Source: an uncultured Solirubrobacteraceae bacterium (GTDB lineage Bacteria > Actinomycetota > Thermoleophilia > Solirubrobacterales > Solirubrobacteraceae). From it: a DNA stretch of 64,000 nucleotides. Of this stretch, positions 10,896 to 19,839 are shown piece after piece. Below the pieces are notes generated by a model that was given only the letters and a program-made list of their open reading frames with translations, had not been told where the DNA came from and ran no database searches. The position numbers and the translations under genes are program-made. Position 1 is the stretch's first letter; every line of letters begins with the position of its first letter. The DNA lies in assembly GCA_964588985.1 (NCBI GenBank), contig CAZPQW010000010.1, forward strand, positions 32,001 to 96,000, given 5' to 3'.

Positions 10896-12280
10896 GCCTT
10901 CGAACCGGACTGCTCGCCGCGCTCGCCTACATCGTGCTGCTCGCGATCGTGGCGCTCGGCGTGCCGCTCGCGCTGAGCCTCGGCGCGCGTGTCAACAGCG
11001 AGGTGCGCTCGCAGGCGCAGGGCCAGGCCGATCTCGTCGCGGCGACCGCCGCCGACCTGCTCGCCCCCGCACGCCGCGGCGACCTGCAGAAGCTCGCGCG
11101 CTCCGCTGCATCCTCGGTGCGCGGGCGCGTGATCGTCGTCGACAGCGCCGGCAAGGCGCTCGCGGACAGCGCCGGGTCGGAACTGCTCGGCACGAGCTAC
11201 GCGGAACGCCCGGAGATCGCGAGCGCGCTGCACGGGCGCCAGCTGCAGATCCAGCGCTCGAGCCACACGCTCGGCGAGCAGATCCTCGCCACGGCAGTGC
11301 CGATCATCCACGGAGCGGCGACCGTCGGCGCGGTGCGCGTCACACAGAGCGTCGCCGCGGTGCACGCCGCGGTTCGTCGCTCGGTGCTCGGCATCGGCCT
11401 GATCGGACTCGTGGTGCTCGCGCTCGGTCTTGCCGCGGGCGCCTTTATCGCCGCACAGATCGCGCGTCCGCTCGGCCGTCTCGAGCGAGTCGCCCAGCGC
11501 GTCGCGGGCGGCGACCTCGACGCGCGCGCCACCGTCGAGGGCAGCCGCGAGCAGCGCTCGCTGGCGGAGTCCTTCAACGAGATGACCGACCGCGTGGCTC
11601 GACTGCTCGACGGCCAGCGCGCGTTCGTCGCCGACGCATCGCACCAGCTGCGCACGCCGCTCACCGGGCTGCGCCTGCGCCTGGAGGAGGCGCGCGCGAA
11701 CGGCGTGAGCGACGCCGCGGCAGCCGAGATCGACGCGGGAACCGGCGAGGTCGACCGGCTCGCGCGGATCGTCGACGAGCTGCTGGTCCTGAGCCGCGCC
11801 GGCGAGCGCGAGCAGCCCGGCGAAGCGATCGACTTGCGCGACATCGCCGACAGCGCGCTCGAGCGCTGGCACGCGAGTGCCGCCGAGCGCGGGATCGCGC
11901 TGGAGCTCGCCGGCCGGCCGGATACCGACAATCAAGCCTGGTGCGCGCGCGGCGATGTCGACGTCGCACTCGACGCGCTCGTGGAGAACGCGCTGCGCTA
12001 CTCGCCCACCGACACCGTCGTGACGATCTCGAGCGCGCCCGGGAGGATCGAGGTCCGCGATCAGGGCCCGGGGATCGCCGCCGACGAGCAGGACGCGATC
12101 TTCGAGCGCTTCCACCGCGGCACGGTCGGACGCCTCGGGCCATCCGGCACCGGGCTCGGCCTGAACATCGCCCGCGAGATCGCACGCGAGTGGGGTGGAG
12201 AGGTGACGCTCGAGAACCGCGACGGCGACGGCGGCGGAGCGATCGCGGCCCTGACCCTCCCGCTAGCGTGGACGCCATGA
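10892..12280 (+). CDS. HAMP sensor histidine kinase (start codon uncertain)
   Basis: Two TMs, HAMP, H-box DASHQLRTP, ENALRY, DQGPG, GTGLGL. The expected start position reads GTA. Confidence 0.9.
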   Translation, partial: VSLRTGLLAALAYIVLLAIVALGVPLALSLGARVNSEVRSQAQGQADLVAATAADLLAPARRGDLQKLARSAASSVRGRVIVVDSAGKALADSAGSELLGTSYAERPEIASALHGRQLQIQRSSHTLGEQILATAVPIIHGAATVGAVRVTQSVAAVHAAVRRSVLGIGLIGLVVLALGLAAGAFIAAQIARPLGRLERVAQRVAGGDLDARATVEGSREQRSLAESFNEMTDRVARLLDGQRAFVADASHQLRTPLTGLRLRLEEARANGVSDAAAAEIDAGTGEVDRLARIVDELLVLSRAGEREQPGEAIDLRDIADSALERWHASAAERGIALELAGRPDTDNQAWCARGDVDVALDALVENALRYSPTDTVVTISSAPGRIEVRDQGPGIAADEQDAIFERFHRGTVGRLGPSGTGLGLNIAREIAREWGGEVTLENRDGDGGGAIAALTLPLAWTP

Positions 12281-12648
12281 CTCGCAAGCCGCTCATGTGG
12301 GTGCTCGCGGCGCTGCTCGGCATCGTGCTCACGGCCGGGATCACCTGGGCGAGCAGCCAGTTGACGAGCCAGCGCATCGGCCTCTCCTCCGAACCGATCT
12401 CCGCGGGAGTGCGGCTCGCTCCGTCTGTGAACACCACAACTCAAAGCGTCATCACGACCCAGCGCGTCGAAACACGGCCGAGCCACACGACCACCACCAC
12501 CACGCTCACCGTCACGACGCCTGCACCCGCGCCGGCCCCGCTCGAAACCGTCCCGCAGACATCCACCCCGACCACACGGACAGGTGAGGACGGCTCTCAG
12601 GGCCGCGGCACTGGCTCAAGCGGCAGCGCCCGCGGGCGCGACGACTGA
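12277..12648 (+). CDS. Small membrane-anchored Thr/Pro-rich protein
   Basis: ATGA overlap with kinase; N-terminal TM; low-complexity tail ending RDD. Confidence 0.7.
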   Translation: MTRKPLMWVLAALLGIVLTAGITWASSQLTSQRIGLSSEPISAGVRLAPSVNTTTQSVITTQRVETRPSHTTTTTTLTVTTPAPAPAPLETVPQTSTPTTRTGEDGSQGRGTGSSGSARGRDD

Positions 12649-12649
12649 T

Positions 12650-12667
12650 CTTTGCCAAACCTTTGCC
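12650..12667 (+). promoter_or_regulatory. Direct repeat with 11-bp period, candidate OmpR-family binding site
   Basis: CTTTGCC-AAAC-CTTTGCC upstream of the apbE operon. Confidence 0.45.
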
Positions 12668-12736
12668 TGGCGCTGGTCGGCTGCTGGGTGGACGCGCGCC
12701 ACAGTGCTCTTGCAACCGATTGACAGGAGCCCGCAG

Positions 12737-13231
12737 ATGCGCACCACCAATACGAGGATCGCAGCAGCCATCACCGTGCTTGCGGCAGGTGGCCTCAGCG
12801 GGGCCGCGCTGCAGTCCGCGACGACCTCGCACACCAGCGCGAGCGCCGCGGCGACCCAGCCGGCGGTCGAGGTTCGCACGCAGGTCATCCGCCGCACGAT
12901 TCACGTCGTGCGCCACGAACGTCCCCCGCGGCCGCTGCGCCCGGGCCAGAGGGCAGGCGGGGCAGCCGGCGGGACCGGCTCAGCATCCGGCGCCGGCGGC
13001 ATCGCAACGGCGAGCGCCGCGCCGCGAACCGCATCGAGCGGCTCGCACGCCTCCAGCGCACCCGCGACCAGCGGCTACACGCCCGCGGCGGCCACCACAC
13101 CGGTGCGAACCCGCACCAGCGGCGCACCCGCCAGCAGCGGCTCGGGCGGCGGCACGACGCGTCAGGCGAGCGCGGTGCGCACACGCACGAGCGGCGGTGG
13201 CCACGAGGACGGTGGCAAGCATGACGACTGA
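12737..13231 (+). CDS. Exported low-complexity protein with repeated RT-x-(T/S)-SG motifs
   Basis: AGGAG RBS; signal-like N-terminus; PRTASSGS, VRTRTSGA, VRTRTSGG. Confidence 0.7.
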   Translation: MRTTNTRIAAAITVLAAGGLSGAALQSATTSHTSASAAATQPAVEVRTQVIRRTIHVVRHERPPRPLRPGQRAGGAAGGTGSASGAGGIATASAAPRTASSGSHASSAPATSGYTPAAATTPVRTRTSGAPASSGSGGGTTRQASAVRTRTSGGGHEDGGKHDD

Positions 13232-13577
13232 GCCCGCCCAGCGGCCCGACCGAAGTCGGCGACGCTCGCGTCTGAGCGAGCGCAGCGCGCTGCTCAACCC
13301 GCTGCCTGTGATCGGCACGGCGCTCGCGACGTTCCTCGCGATCTTCGCGGTGCTCGTCGGGCGCGTGGTGACCGGCACCGACCCCGCGGCGCACTGGGCG
13401 AACGTCGCCGCGGTGAGCTCCACCCGCAACGGCTCCGGCACGACCCTGCGCACGACCGCGAGCGGAGCGGTCATCCCGGTCGCCACCAATGCGGCCGCGG
13501 GCACGAGCTCCACCGGCGCGGCGGTTCCGATCTCGACCCGCACGAGCGGCGGCGGAGGGGTGACGCACGATGACTGA
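13221..13577 (+). CDS. Membrane-anchored low-complexity protein with T-x-x-SG motifs
   Basis: Overlaps previous stop; Arg-rich N-terminus + TM; LRTTASGA, ISTRTSGG. Confidence 0.7.
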   Translation: MTTEPAQRPDRSRRRSRLSERSALLNPLPVIGTALATFLAIFAVLVGRVVTGTDPAAHWANVAAVSSTRNGSGTTLRTTASGAVIPVATNAAAGTSSTGAAVPISTRTSGGGGVTHDD

Positions 13578-13836
13578 TCGCCCCACGATCGCGCTGTTCT
13601 CGCTCACCGGCTTCCTGCTCGTGCTCGCCCTGCTGGGCTCGCAGCTCGGGGTCGGCCACTCCGCCTCCTCGCGCCCACGCGAGGTGCTGGTGCGCCGCGT
13701 CTACCAGACGACCGTCGTCGAACGGGTCCCGCGCTCGGTCGCGGCCGGCTCCTCGACAGGCTCCTCGACGGTGACGCAGTCCGTCTCCGGCTCCACCTCG
13801 ATCCCGGCGGCGGCGCCCGTCACGCGCACGTCATGA
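13570..13836 (+). CDS. Small membrane-anchored protein ending PVTRTS
   Basis: Overlaps both neighbours; N-terminal TM. Confidence 0.7.
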   Translation: MTDRPTIALFSLTGFLLVLALLGSQLGVGHSASSRPREVLVRRVYQTTVVERVPRSVAAGSSTGSSTVTQSVSGSTSIPAAAPVTRTS

Positions 13837-14813
13837 GCGTCGAGCACGACACCACGTTTCACTCGATGGGCAGCGACATCCGCCTGCTGATCGGCTCGCC
13901 GCTGCTGCGTGAGGCGCTGTCCCCGGCGCTCGCCGCCGAGCGCGAGCGCGCCTACGTGGAGGACTTCGCGGCGCGCCTGTCGCGCTTTCGCGAGGACAGC
14001 GAGCTGACCGCGCTGAACCGCGACCCGCGGTCACGCGTGCCCGCATCGGCCTTGCTGCGCACCGCGGTGCGCGCGGGGATCTGGGCGGCGGGGAGGTCGG
14101 GCGGCCTCGTCGACCCGACGCTGGCGGGCGAGCTGGAGCGGATCGGCTATGCGCGCTCGCTCGACGGCTGCGAGCCGGTCCCGCTCAGCGAAGCCCTCGC
14201 GTCCGCTCCCACGCGCCGTCCGGCCAGGCCGCGCGCGGCGGCGCAGTGGAAGCAGATCGATATCGAAGAGGACTCGGGTCGCGTTGCGCGCCCGGCGGGC
14301 GTGATGTTCGACACCGGCGGGACCGGCAAGGGGCTGTGCGCGGACGCGGTCGCGCACCGTCTCGCGGGCTACACGCGCTTCGCGGTCGACTGCGGTGGCG
14401 ACCTCGCGGTCGGCGGCGTGGGCGCGCAGGTAGATCCGTATGAGATCGAGGTCGAGCACCCCCTGACGGGCGAGACGATCCGTACGCTGCGGATCGCGGC
14501 GGGCGGCATCGCGACCTCGGGGCTGAACGTGCGCGTGTGGCGGACCCCCGACGGCGGCTTCGCCCACCACCTGCTCGACCCCGCGACGGGCCTACCCGCG
14601 TGGACGGGCCTGGTGGGCGCGACCGCGCTCGGGTCGAGCGCCCTGGAAGCGGAGACGCTCTCGAAGATGGCGCTGCTGCTCGGCCCGATCGGCGCCCGCG
14701 GAGTGCTCGCCGAGTACGGCGGCGTGATCGTGCGCGACGACGGCGAGGTCGAGACGATCGGCGCGCTGAACGAGCCGCGCGGCTGGCTCACCGGACTCGG
14801 AAGGACCGCGTGA
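13833..14813 (+). CDS. apbE: FAD:protein FMN transferase
   Basis: MGS; SRFREDSEL; GLVDPT; DTGGTGKG; GGD; ATSG; HHLLDPATG. Confidence 0.92.
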   Translation: MSVEHDTTFHSMGSDIRLLIGSPLLREALSPALAAERERAYVEDFAARLSRFREDSELTALNRDPRSRVPASALLRTAVRAGIWAAGRSGGLVDPTLAGELERIGYARSLDGCEPVPLSEALASAPTRRPARPRAAAQWKQIDIEEDSGRVARPAGVMFDTGGTGKGLCADAVAHRLAGYTRFAVDCGGDLAVGGVGAQVDPYEIEVEHPLTGETIRTLRIAAGGIATSGLNVRVWRTPDGGFAHHLLDPATGLPAWTGLVGATALGSSALEAETLSKMALLLGPIGARGVLAEYGGVIVRDDGEVETIGALNEPRGWLTGLGRTA

Positions 14814-15427
14814 TGGCAAGCGCCGGCCCAAGCGTCTACATCTGGTGGCTCGTCAGCCGCGCGTCGGGAATCCTCGCGCTCGGGCTGATGTCGCTGTCGG
14901 TGCTGATCGGCCTGACGATGGCGACGAAGATCCTGCGCCGTCCGGGCATGGGGCGCAAGCTGGTGCGTCTCCACGAGCACGTGGCGCTCGTCGGCCTGGT
15001 CGCGATCGCGGTCCACGGCCTGGCGCTGCTCGGCGACCCGTGGCTGCACCCGGGCGTCAAAGGCCTGACCGTCCCGTTCTCGATGTCCTACAGGCCGATC
15101 TTCACCGGCCTCGGGCTGATCGGGGGCTACCTCGCGGCGCTGCTCGGGCTGAGCTTCTACGCTCGCCGGCGGATCGGCGTGCGGCTGTGGCGCAAGCTCC
15201 ACCGCGCGACGGTGCTCGTGTGGGTGCTCGGCATCGTGCACTCGATCGGCGCGGGCAGCGACGCGAGCACCCTGTGGCTGCGTGCCTACATGTTGCTCAC
15301 GGGCGTGCCGATCATCTACCTGACCGTCCTGCGCATCCTGCAGAGCCGCAAGCCGAGCCCCCAGAGGGTGAGGGCGGCGCAGGGCGCAACAGCCCCCGTC
15401 CGTCAACTCACAGAGGAGCTCGCATGA
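14813..15427 (+). CDS. Ferric reductase-like (MsrQ-like) transmembrane haem b protein
   Basis: WLVSRASG; four His (LHEH, AVHG, KLHR, IVHS); WRKLH; no cytosolic FAD/NAD domain. Confidence 0.85.
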   Translation: MASAGPSVYIWWLVSRASGILALGLMSLSVLIGLTMATKILRRPGMGRKLVRLHEHVALVGLVAIAVHGLALLGDPWLHPGVKGLTVPFSMSYRPIFTGLGLIGGYLAALLGLSFYARRRIGVRLWRKLHRATVLVWVLGIVHSIGAGSDASTLWLRAYMLLTGVPIIYLTVLRILQSRKPSPQRVRAAQGATAPVRQLTEELA

Positions 15428-16602
15428 CGCGCGCCGAGGTCGATGCAGACGTCCTGATCGCGGGCGGCGGGCTGGCCGCGCAGCGCTGCTGCGAGACGCT
15501 GCGGCGCGGCGGCTTCGACGGGCGGATCGTGGTGTTGTGCGACGAGCCGCGCTCGCCGTATGACCGCCCGGCGCTCTCCAAGGCGGTGCTGATGGGCGAG
15601 CGCGAGGTGAGCACGCTGGCCTACCGGGAGCCCCACTGGTATGAGGAGCACGAGATCGAGCTGCTGCTCGGCACGGCCGCCCGCGAGCTGGACGCCACGG
15701 CGCACGTCGTCGAGCTGAAGGACGGCTCGCGCGTGCGCTACGGCCGGCTGCTGATCGCCACCGGCAGTCGCCCGCGTCCGCTGCCGATGTTCGGCGTGAG
15801 CGAGCGCGTGCACGAGCTGCGCACCGCGGCGGATGCGCAGGCGCTGCGCGGCAAGCTCGCGAGCGGATCGGGCGAGCTCACGGTGGTCGGCGCCGGCCTG
15901 GTCGGACTCGAGGTCGCATCGGCTGCAAAGACGCTCGGGCTGAACGTGACCGTGATCGAGGCGGCTCCCACGCCGCTGGCGCGCGCGTTGCCGCCGGCGC
16001 TCGGCCTGTGGATCGCGGGGCTGCATCGCGAGCGCGGCGTGGACGTGCGGCTCGCGACCGCTGTGGAGGGCGTCGAGCACGGCTCTCAGGAGGTGCGGAT
16101 GAAACTGAGCGATGGCAGTCAGGTGAGTGCTGAGACCGTGCTGCTGGCCGTCGGCACGGTCCCCGCGACGGAGTGGCTCGCGAGCAGCGGGCTGGGGCCG
16201 GGTGCGATCCACGTGGACGCGGGCGGGCGCACGGACCGGCCGGACGTGTACGCCGCCGGGGACGCCGCCTGCTATCCGGGTCCGCACCCGGAGCAGCGGA
16301 TCCCCACCCAGCATTGGGAGGCGGCCGCACGCCAGGGCCAGACCGTGGCGCGGTCGCTGCTCGGGCAGGAGCCGTTGCCCTCGCCGGCGTCGATGTTCTG
16401 GAGCGACCAGCACGGACGGCGCATCCAGCTCGTCGGACACGCGCCCGACGGCTGCGAGGTCGAGTTCGACGGCGACCCCGCCGATACCGACTTCATCGCC
16501 TGGCTGACGCACACCGAGCTTCCGCCCGCGGCGATGCTCGTCAACCGCCCCGATGCGCTCCCGCAGGCGCGGGCGCGGATCGCCGCGTCCAATCCCGACT
16601 GA
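15424..16602 (+). CDS. NAD(P)H:ferredoxin reductase
   Basis: GGGLAA; PYDRPALSK; IATG; GAGLVGLE; YAAGD; FWSDQ. Confidence 0.92.
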   Translation: MTRAEVDADVLIAGGGLAAQRCCETLRRGGFDGRIVVLCDEPRSPYDRPALSKAVLMGEREVSTLAYREPHWYEEHEIELLLGTAARELDATAHVVELKDGSRVRYGRLLIATGSRPRPLPMFGVSERVHELRTAADAQALRGKLASGSGELTVVGAGLVGLEVASAAKTLGLNVTVIEAAPTPLARALPPALGLWIAGLHRERGVDVRLATAVEGVEHGSQEVRMKLSDGSQVSAETVLLAVGTVPATEWLASSGLGPGAIHVDAGGRTDRPDVYAAGDAACYPGPHPEQRIPTQHWEAAARQGQTVARSLLGQEPLPSPASMFWSDQHGRRIQLVGHAPDGCEVEFDGDPADTDFIAWLTHTELPPAAMLVNRPDALPQARARIAASNPD

Positions 16603-16628
16603 CCCCAACGAACAACAAGGAGATCGAA

Positions 16629-16835
16629 ATGGCCTACGTACCCGTGATCGACGAGTCGGCGTGCCTCGCGCACGGCGACTGCGAGGAGATGGCGCCCGAG
16701 GTGTTCCACGTGGAGGACTTCGCGACGGTGATCGGCACCGCGCCGGACGAGAAGCTGCTCGAGGTCGCGCGCGCGTGTCCGGCGAGCGCGATCGTGCTCG
16801 TGGACAAGGAGAGCGGGCAGCAGGTCTACCCGTGA
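16629..16835 (+). CDS. Ferredoxin (3Fe-4S type)
   Basis: AAGGAG RBS; CLAHGDC...CPASAI. Confidence 0.9.
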   Translation: MAYVPVIDESACLAHGDCEEMAPEVFHVEDFATVIGTAPDEKLLEVARACPASAIVLVDKESGQQVYP

Positions 16836-16955
16836 GCGTCCGACTGCACCCACCGGGCTGCGGATAACTACGGGGAGACCCCCGATTTTGCCGCTGCACA
16901 GCCACGGCCTCGCCCCGATGGCCGCGCCCCAGAGCTGCGCGATGGTGCAGCCACG

Positions 16956-17453
16956 ATGTCCATCGCTCCAACCAAGACCACACTGCGCCAGGCGGCCGAG
17001 GAGTTCCTCGACCAGCCGCGGATCGCGGTGGCGGGGGTCTCGCGCGACCCGAAGCAGCCCGCGAACCTGATCTACCGCCGGCTGCGCGACGCCCATCACG
17101 AGGTGTTCGCGGTCAACCCAAACGCCGAGGAGGTCGAGGGCGACCGCTCCTACGCGACGGTCGCCGAGATCGCGGGAGGCGTCGACGGCGTGGTTGTCGT
17201 CACGACCCCCGAGGCGGCCGACGGCGTGATGGTCGACTGCGTGAACGCCGGTGTGCCGCGCGTGTGGCTGCACCGCGGCATCGGCCCGGGATCGATCTCG
17301 CAGAGCGCGATCGAGTACGGCCGCGAGCATGGGGTGAGCGTGATCGCGGGCGGCTGCCCGAACATGTTCGGCGCGACCTCCGACCCCGGCCACAGGTGCA
17401 TGCTCGCGATGCTCAGGCTGACCGGGAAGGTTCCGAGCAACGTCCCAGGCTGA
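16956..17453 (+). CDS. CoA-binding domain protein
   Basis: IAVAGVS; VNP; VWLH; GGCP. Confidence 0.85.
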   Translation: MSIAPTKTTLRQAAEEFLDQPRIAVAGVSRDPKQPANLIYRRLRDAHHEVFAVNPNAEEVEGDRSYATVAEIAGGVDGVVVVTTPEAADGVMVDCVNAGVPRVWLHRGIGPGSISQSAIEYGREHGVSVIAGGCPNMFGATSDPGHRCMLAMLRLTGKVPSNVPG

Positions 17454-17487
17454 GCCCCTCACCGCGCGGTTCGCCATCATCGACCGC

Positions 17488-19839
17488 ATGAGCGACGAGC
17501 TTGGGGGGCTGAGCGAGGACGAGGCGGCCCGGCGGCTGCAGACGCGCGGACGCACCGAGCCACAGAGCTCGAGCCGCTCCTACGCGAGCATCGTACGGGC
17601 GAACGTGCTGACGGTGTTCAACGCGATCCTCGCGGGCTTCGGGGTGCTGACGCTGGTGTTCGGTGACTGGCGCGACGCGCTGTTCCTCGGCGTGATCGTC
17701 GCGAACTCCTCGATCGGCATCACCCAGGAGGTCCGCGCGAAGCGTGCCCTGGATCGGCTCTCGCTGCTCGTCGCCCCGCACGCGCGGATCAGGCGCGACG
17801 GGACGGTGAGGTCTGTGGCCGTCGAGGACGTGCTCGTGGACGACGTCGCGCTGCTCGAGCCGGGAGATCAGGTCACTGCCGACGGGCGGCTGCTGGCGGC
17901 GGCCGACCTAAGGCTCGACGAGTCGATCCTCACCGGCGAGTCCGAGCCCGCGCCGCGCGCGGTGGGAGAGGAGGTCCGCTCCGGAGCGTTCGTGGTGGAG
18001 GGCACCGGCACCTACCGTGTGAGCGCCGTGGGAGGCGACAGCTTCGCCGCGCAGGTGACGGGGGAGGCGCGCTCCTTTCGCCATCCGCGCTCGCCTCTGG
18101 AGCGCGCCGTGAACCGGCTGCTGTACGTGCTGGTGGCGCTCGTGGTGGGGCTCGGCGCGCTGCTGGCGTACTCGCTCTACCACCGTCACGTGCACGTCCA
18201 CACGGCGGTGGCGACCGCGACGGCGGGCGTGGTGAGCATGATCCCGGAGGGGCTGATGGTGCTGGTGAGCCTCACCTACGCCGCTGGCGCGCTGCGCATG
18301 TCGCGGCGGGGCGTGCTCGCGCAGCAGCTCAACGCGATCGAGTCGCTGGCGTCGGTGGACACGATCTGCATCGACAAGACGGGCACGCTCACCGACGCGA
18401 CGCTGCGCGTGGTCGAGCTGCTGCCGGCGCCGGGCATGGACGAGGACCGGCTGCGCGCCGAGCTGGGGGAGCTGGCGGCGAGCTCGAGCGCCCGCAACAT
18501 CACCCTCCAGGCGATCGCGGACGCTTACCCGGCCGAGCCACGGCCGGTGCTGGGGGAGGTCCCGTTCTCGAGTCGTCGCCGCTGGAGCGCGGTGGCGTTC
18601 GCTGACGGCTCGCTCTACCTGGGAGCGCCCGGCCGCCTGCCGCTCGGCCCGCTCGCCGAGATGGTCGAGGAGCGTCAGCGGGCGGGCCGGCGCGTGCTCG
18701 TGCTCGCCCGTGGCGCCCAGTCGCTGGAGGGCCGGCCGGACGAGCATCCGCCGGCGGACCTGGAGACCCTCGGCGCGGTCGTCCTCGCGGAGGAGCTGCG
18801 CCCGAACGTGGGGGAGACGATCGCGTTCCTCAAACGCGAAGGCGTGGAGATCAAGGTCCTGTCGGGCGACTCGCCGCAGACGGTGGCGGCGATCGCGCGC
18901 GACGTGGGGATCGACGTGGCGGGTGTGAGCGAGGGCGATGCGATCCCGAGCGATCCGCAGGAGCGCCGCGAGTACGCGCTCGGCACGACGGTGGTGGGTC
19001 GCATCTCCCCGGAGGGCAAGAAGGCGATCGTCGAGGCGCTGCGCGACGAGGGCCGCTACGTGGCGATGGTGGGCGACGGGGTGAACGACGTGCCGGCGCT
19101 GAAGAGCGCGCGCCTGGCGATCGCGCAGGGCAGCGGCACGCAGATGGCGCGGAGCGTCGCGGACCTGGTGCTGATCTCGGGCGACTTCGCCGCGGTTCCG
19201 CCGCTGCTGGCGGAGGGCCGCCGCGCGCTTCGCAACCTGCAGCGCGTGAGCAGGCTGTATGTGACGAAGTCGGCGTTCGCGGCCTTCCTGATCCTGACGA
19301 TCGGGATCGGCTCGGACTCCTACCCGCTGCTGCCGCGCCACCTGACGCTCGCGGCGAGCCTCACGATCGGCATCCCGACGTTCTTCCTCGCTCTCGCTCC
19401 CAGCACGGGTCCGTGGGCGCCGGAGCACTTCGCGCGGCGCGTGGCGCGCTTCGCGGTGCCGGCGGGCGTGATGCTCGGCATGGGCGTGGTGGCGGGGTAT
19501 CTGTTCGCGCTGCACGACCTCGACCTGTCCGTGCAGGCGGCTCGAACGGTGGCGGTGACGATCGTGACCGCGGGTGGGCTGTACCTGGTGATGGCGCTGG
19601 AGACGGAAGGCTCGTGGCGGCGCTCGACGCTCGTGGCGGGCATGTGCGCGACGCTCGCGGGCGTGTACGTCGCGGCGCTGCTGATCCCCTCGACGCGGAG
19701 GTTCTTCGAGCTGACCACGCTTGACCCCGGCATGATCGCGACGGCTGTCGTGGCCAGCGCGATGACCGTAGCGGCGCTCTCCCTGTGCGGGTTCTCGGTG
19801 CGCGTCAAGCACGCGGTCGACGGTGGCGACACGTCGTGA
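17488..19839 (+). CDS. Cation-transporting P-type ATPase (CtpE-like)
   Basis: LTGES; IPEGL; DKTGTLT; SGD; GDGVND. Confidence 0.92.
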   Translation: MSDELGGLSEDEAARRLQTRGRTEPQSSSRSYASIVRANVLTVFNAILAGFGVLTLVFGDWRDALFLGVIVANSSIGITQEVRAKRALDRLSLLVAPHARIRRDGTVRSVAVEDVLVDDVALLEPGDQVTADGRLLAAADLRLDESILTGESEPAPRAVGEEVRSGAFVVEGTGTYRVSAVGGDSFAAQVTGEARSFRHPRSPLERAVNRLLYVLVALVVGLGALLAYSLYHRHVHVHTAVATATAGVVSMIPEGLMVLVSLTYAAGALRMSRRGVLAQQLNAIESLASVDTICIDKTGTLTDATLRVVELLPAPGMDEDRLRAELGELAASSSARNITLQAIADAYPAEPRPVLGEVPFSSRRRWSAVAFADGSLYLGAPGRLPLGPLAEMVEERQRAGRRVLVLARGAQSLEGRPDEHPPADLETLGAVVLAEELRPNVGETIAFLKREGVEIKVLSGDSPQTVAAIARDVGIDVAGVSEGDAIPSDPQERREYALGTTVVGRISPEGKKAIVEALRDEGRYVAMVGDGVNDVPALKSARLAIAQGSGTQMARSVADLVLISGDFAAVPPLLAEGRRALRNLQRVSRLYVTKSAFAAFLILTIGIGSDSYPLLPRHLTLAASLTIGIPTFFLALAPSTGPWAPEHFARRVARFAVPAGVMLGMGVVAGYLFALHDLDLSVQAARTVAVTIVTAGGLYLVMALETEGSWRRSTLVAGMCATLAGVYVAALLIPSTRRFFELTTLDPGMIATAVVASAMTVAALSLCGFSVRVKHAVDGGDTS

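Noticed and set aside
12640-13577. Shared xDD-stop C-termini of three small proteins as a sorting signal
   Set aside because: Two of the three coincide with the overlapping ATG of the next gene, which may explain the pattern.
16871-16920. CGGGG-N4-CCCCG and repeated CCCCGAT upstream of the CoA-binding gene
   Set aside because: Possibly an operator, but short GC-rich matches with no cognate regulator in view.
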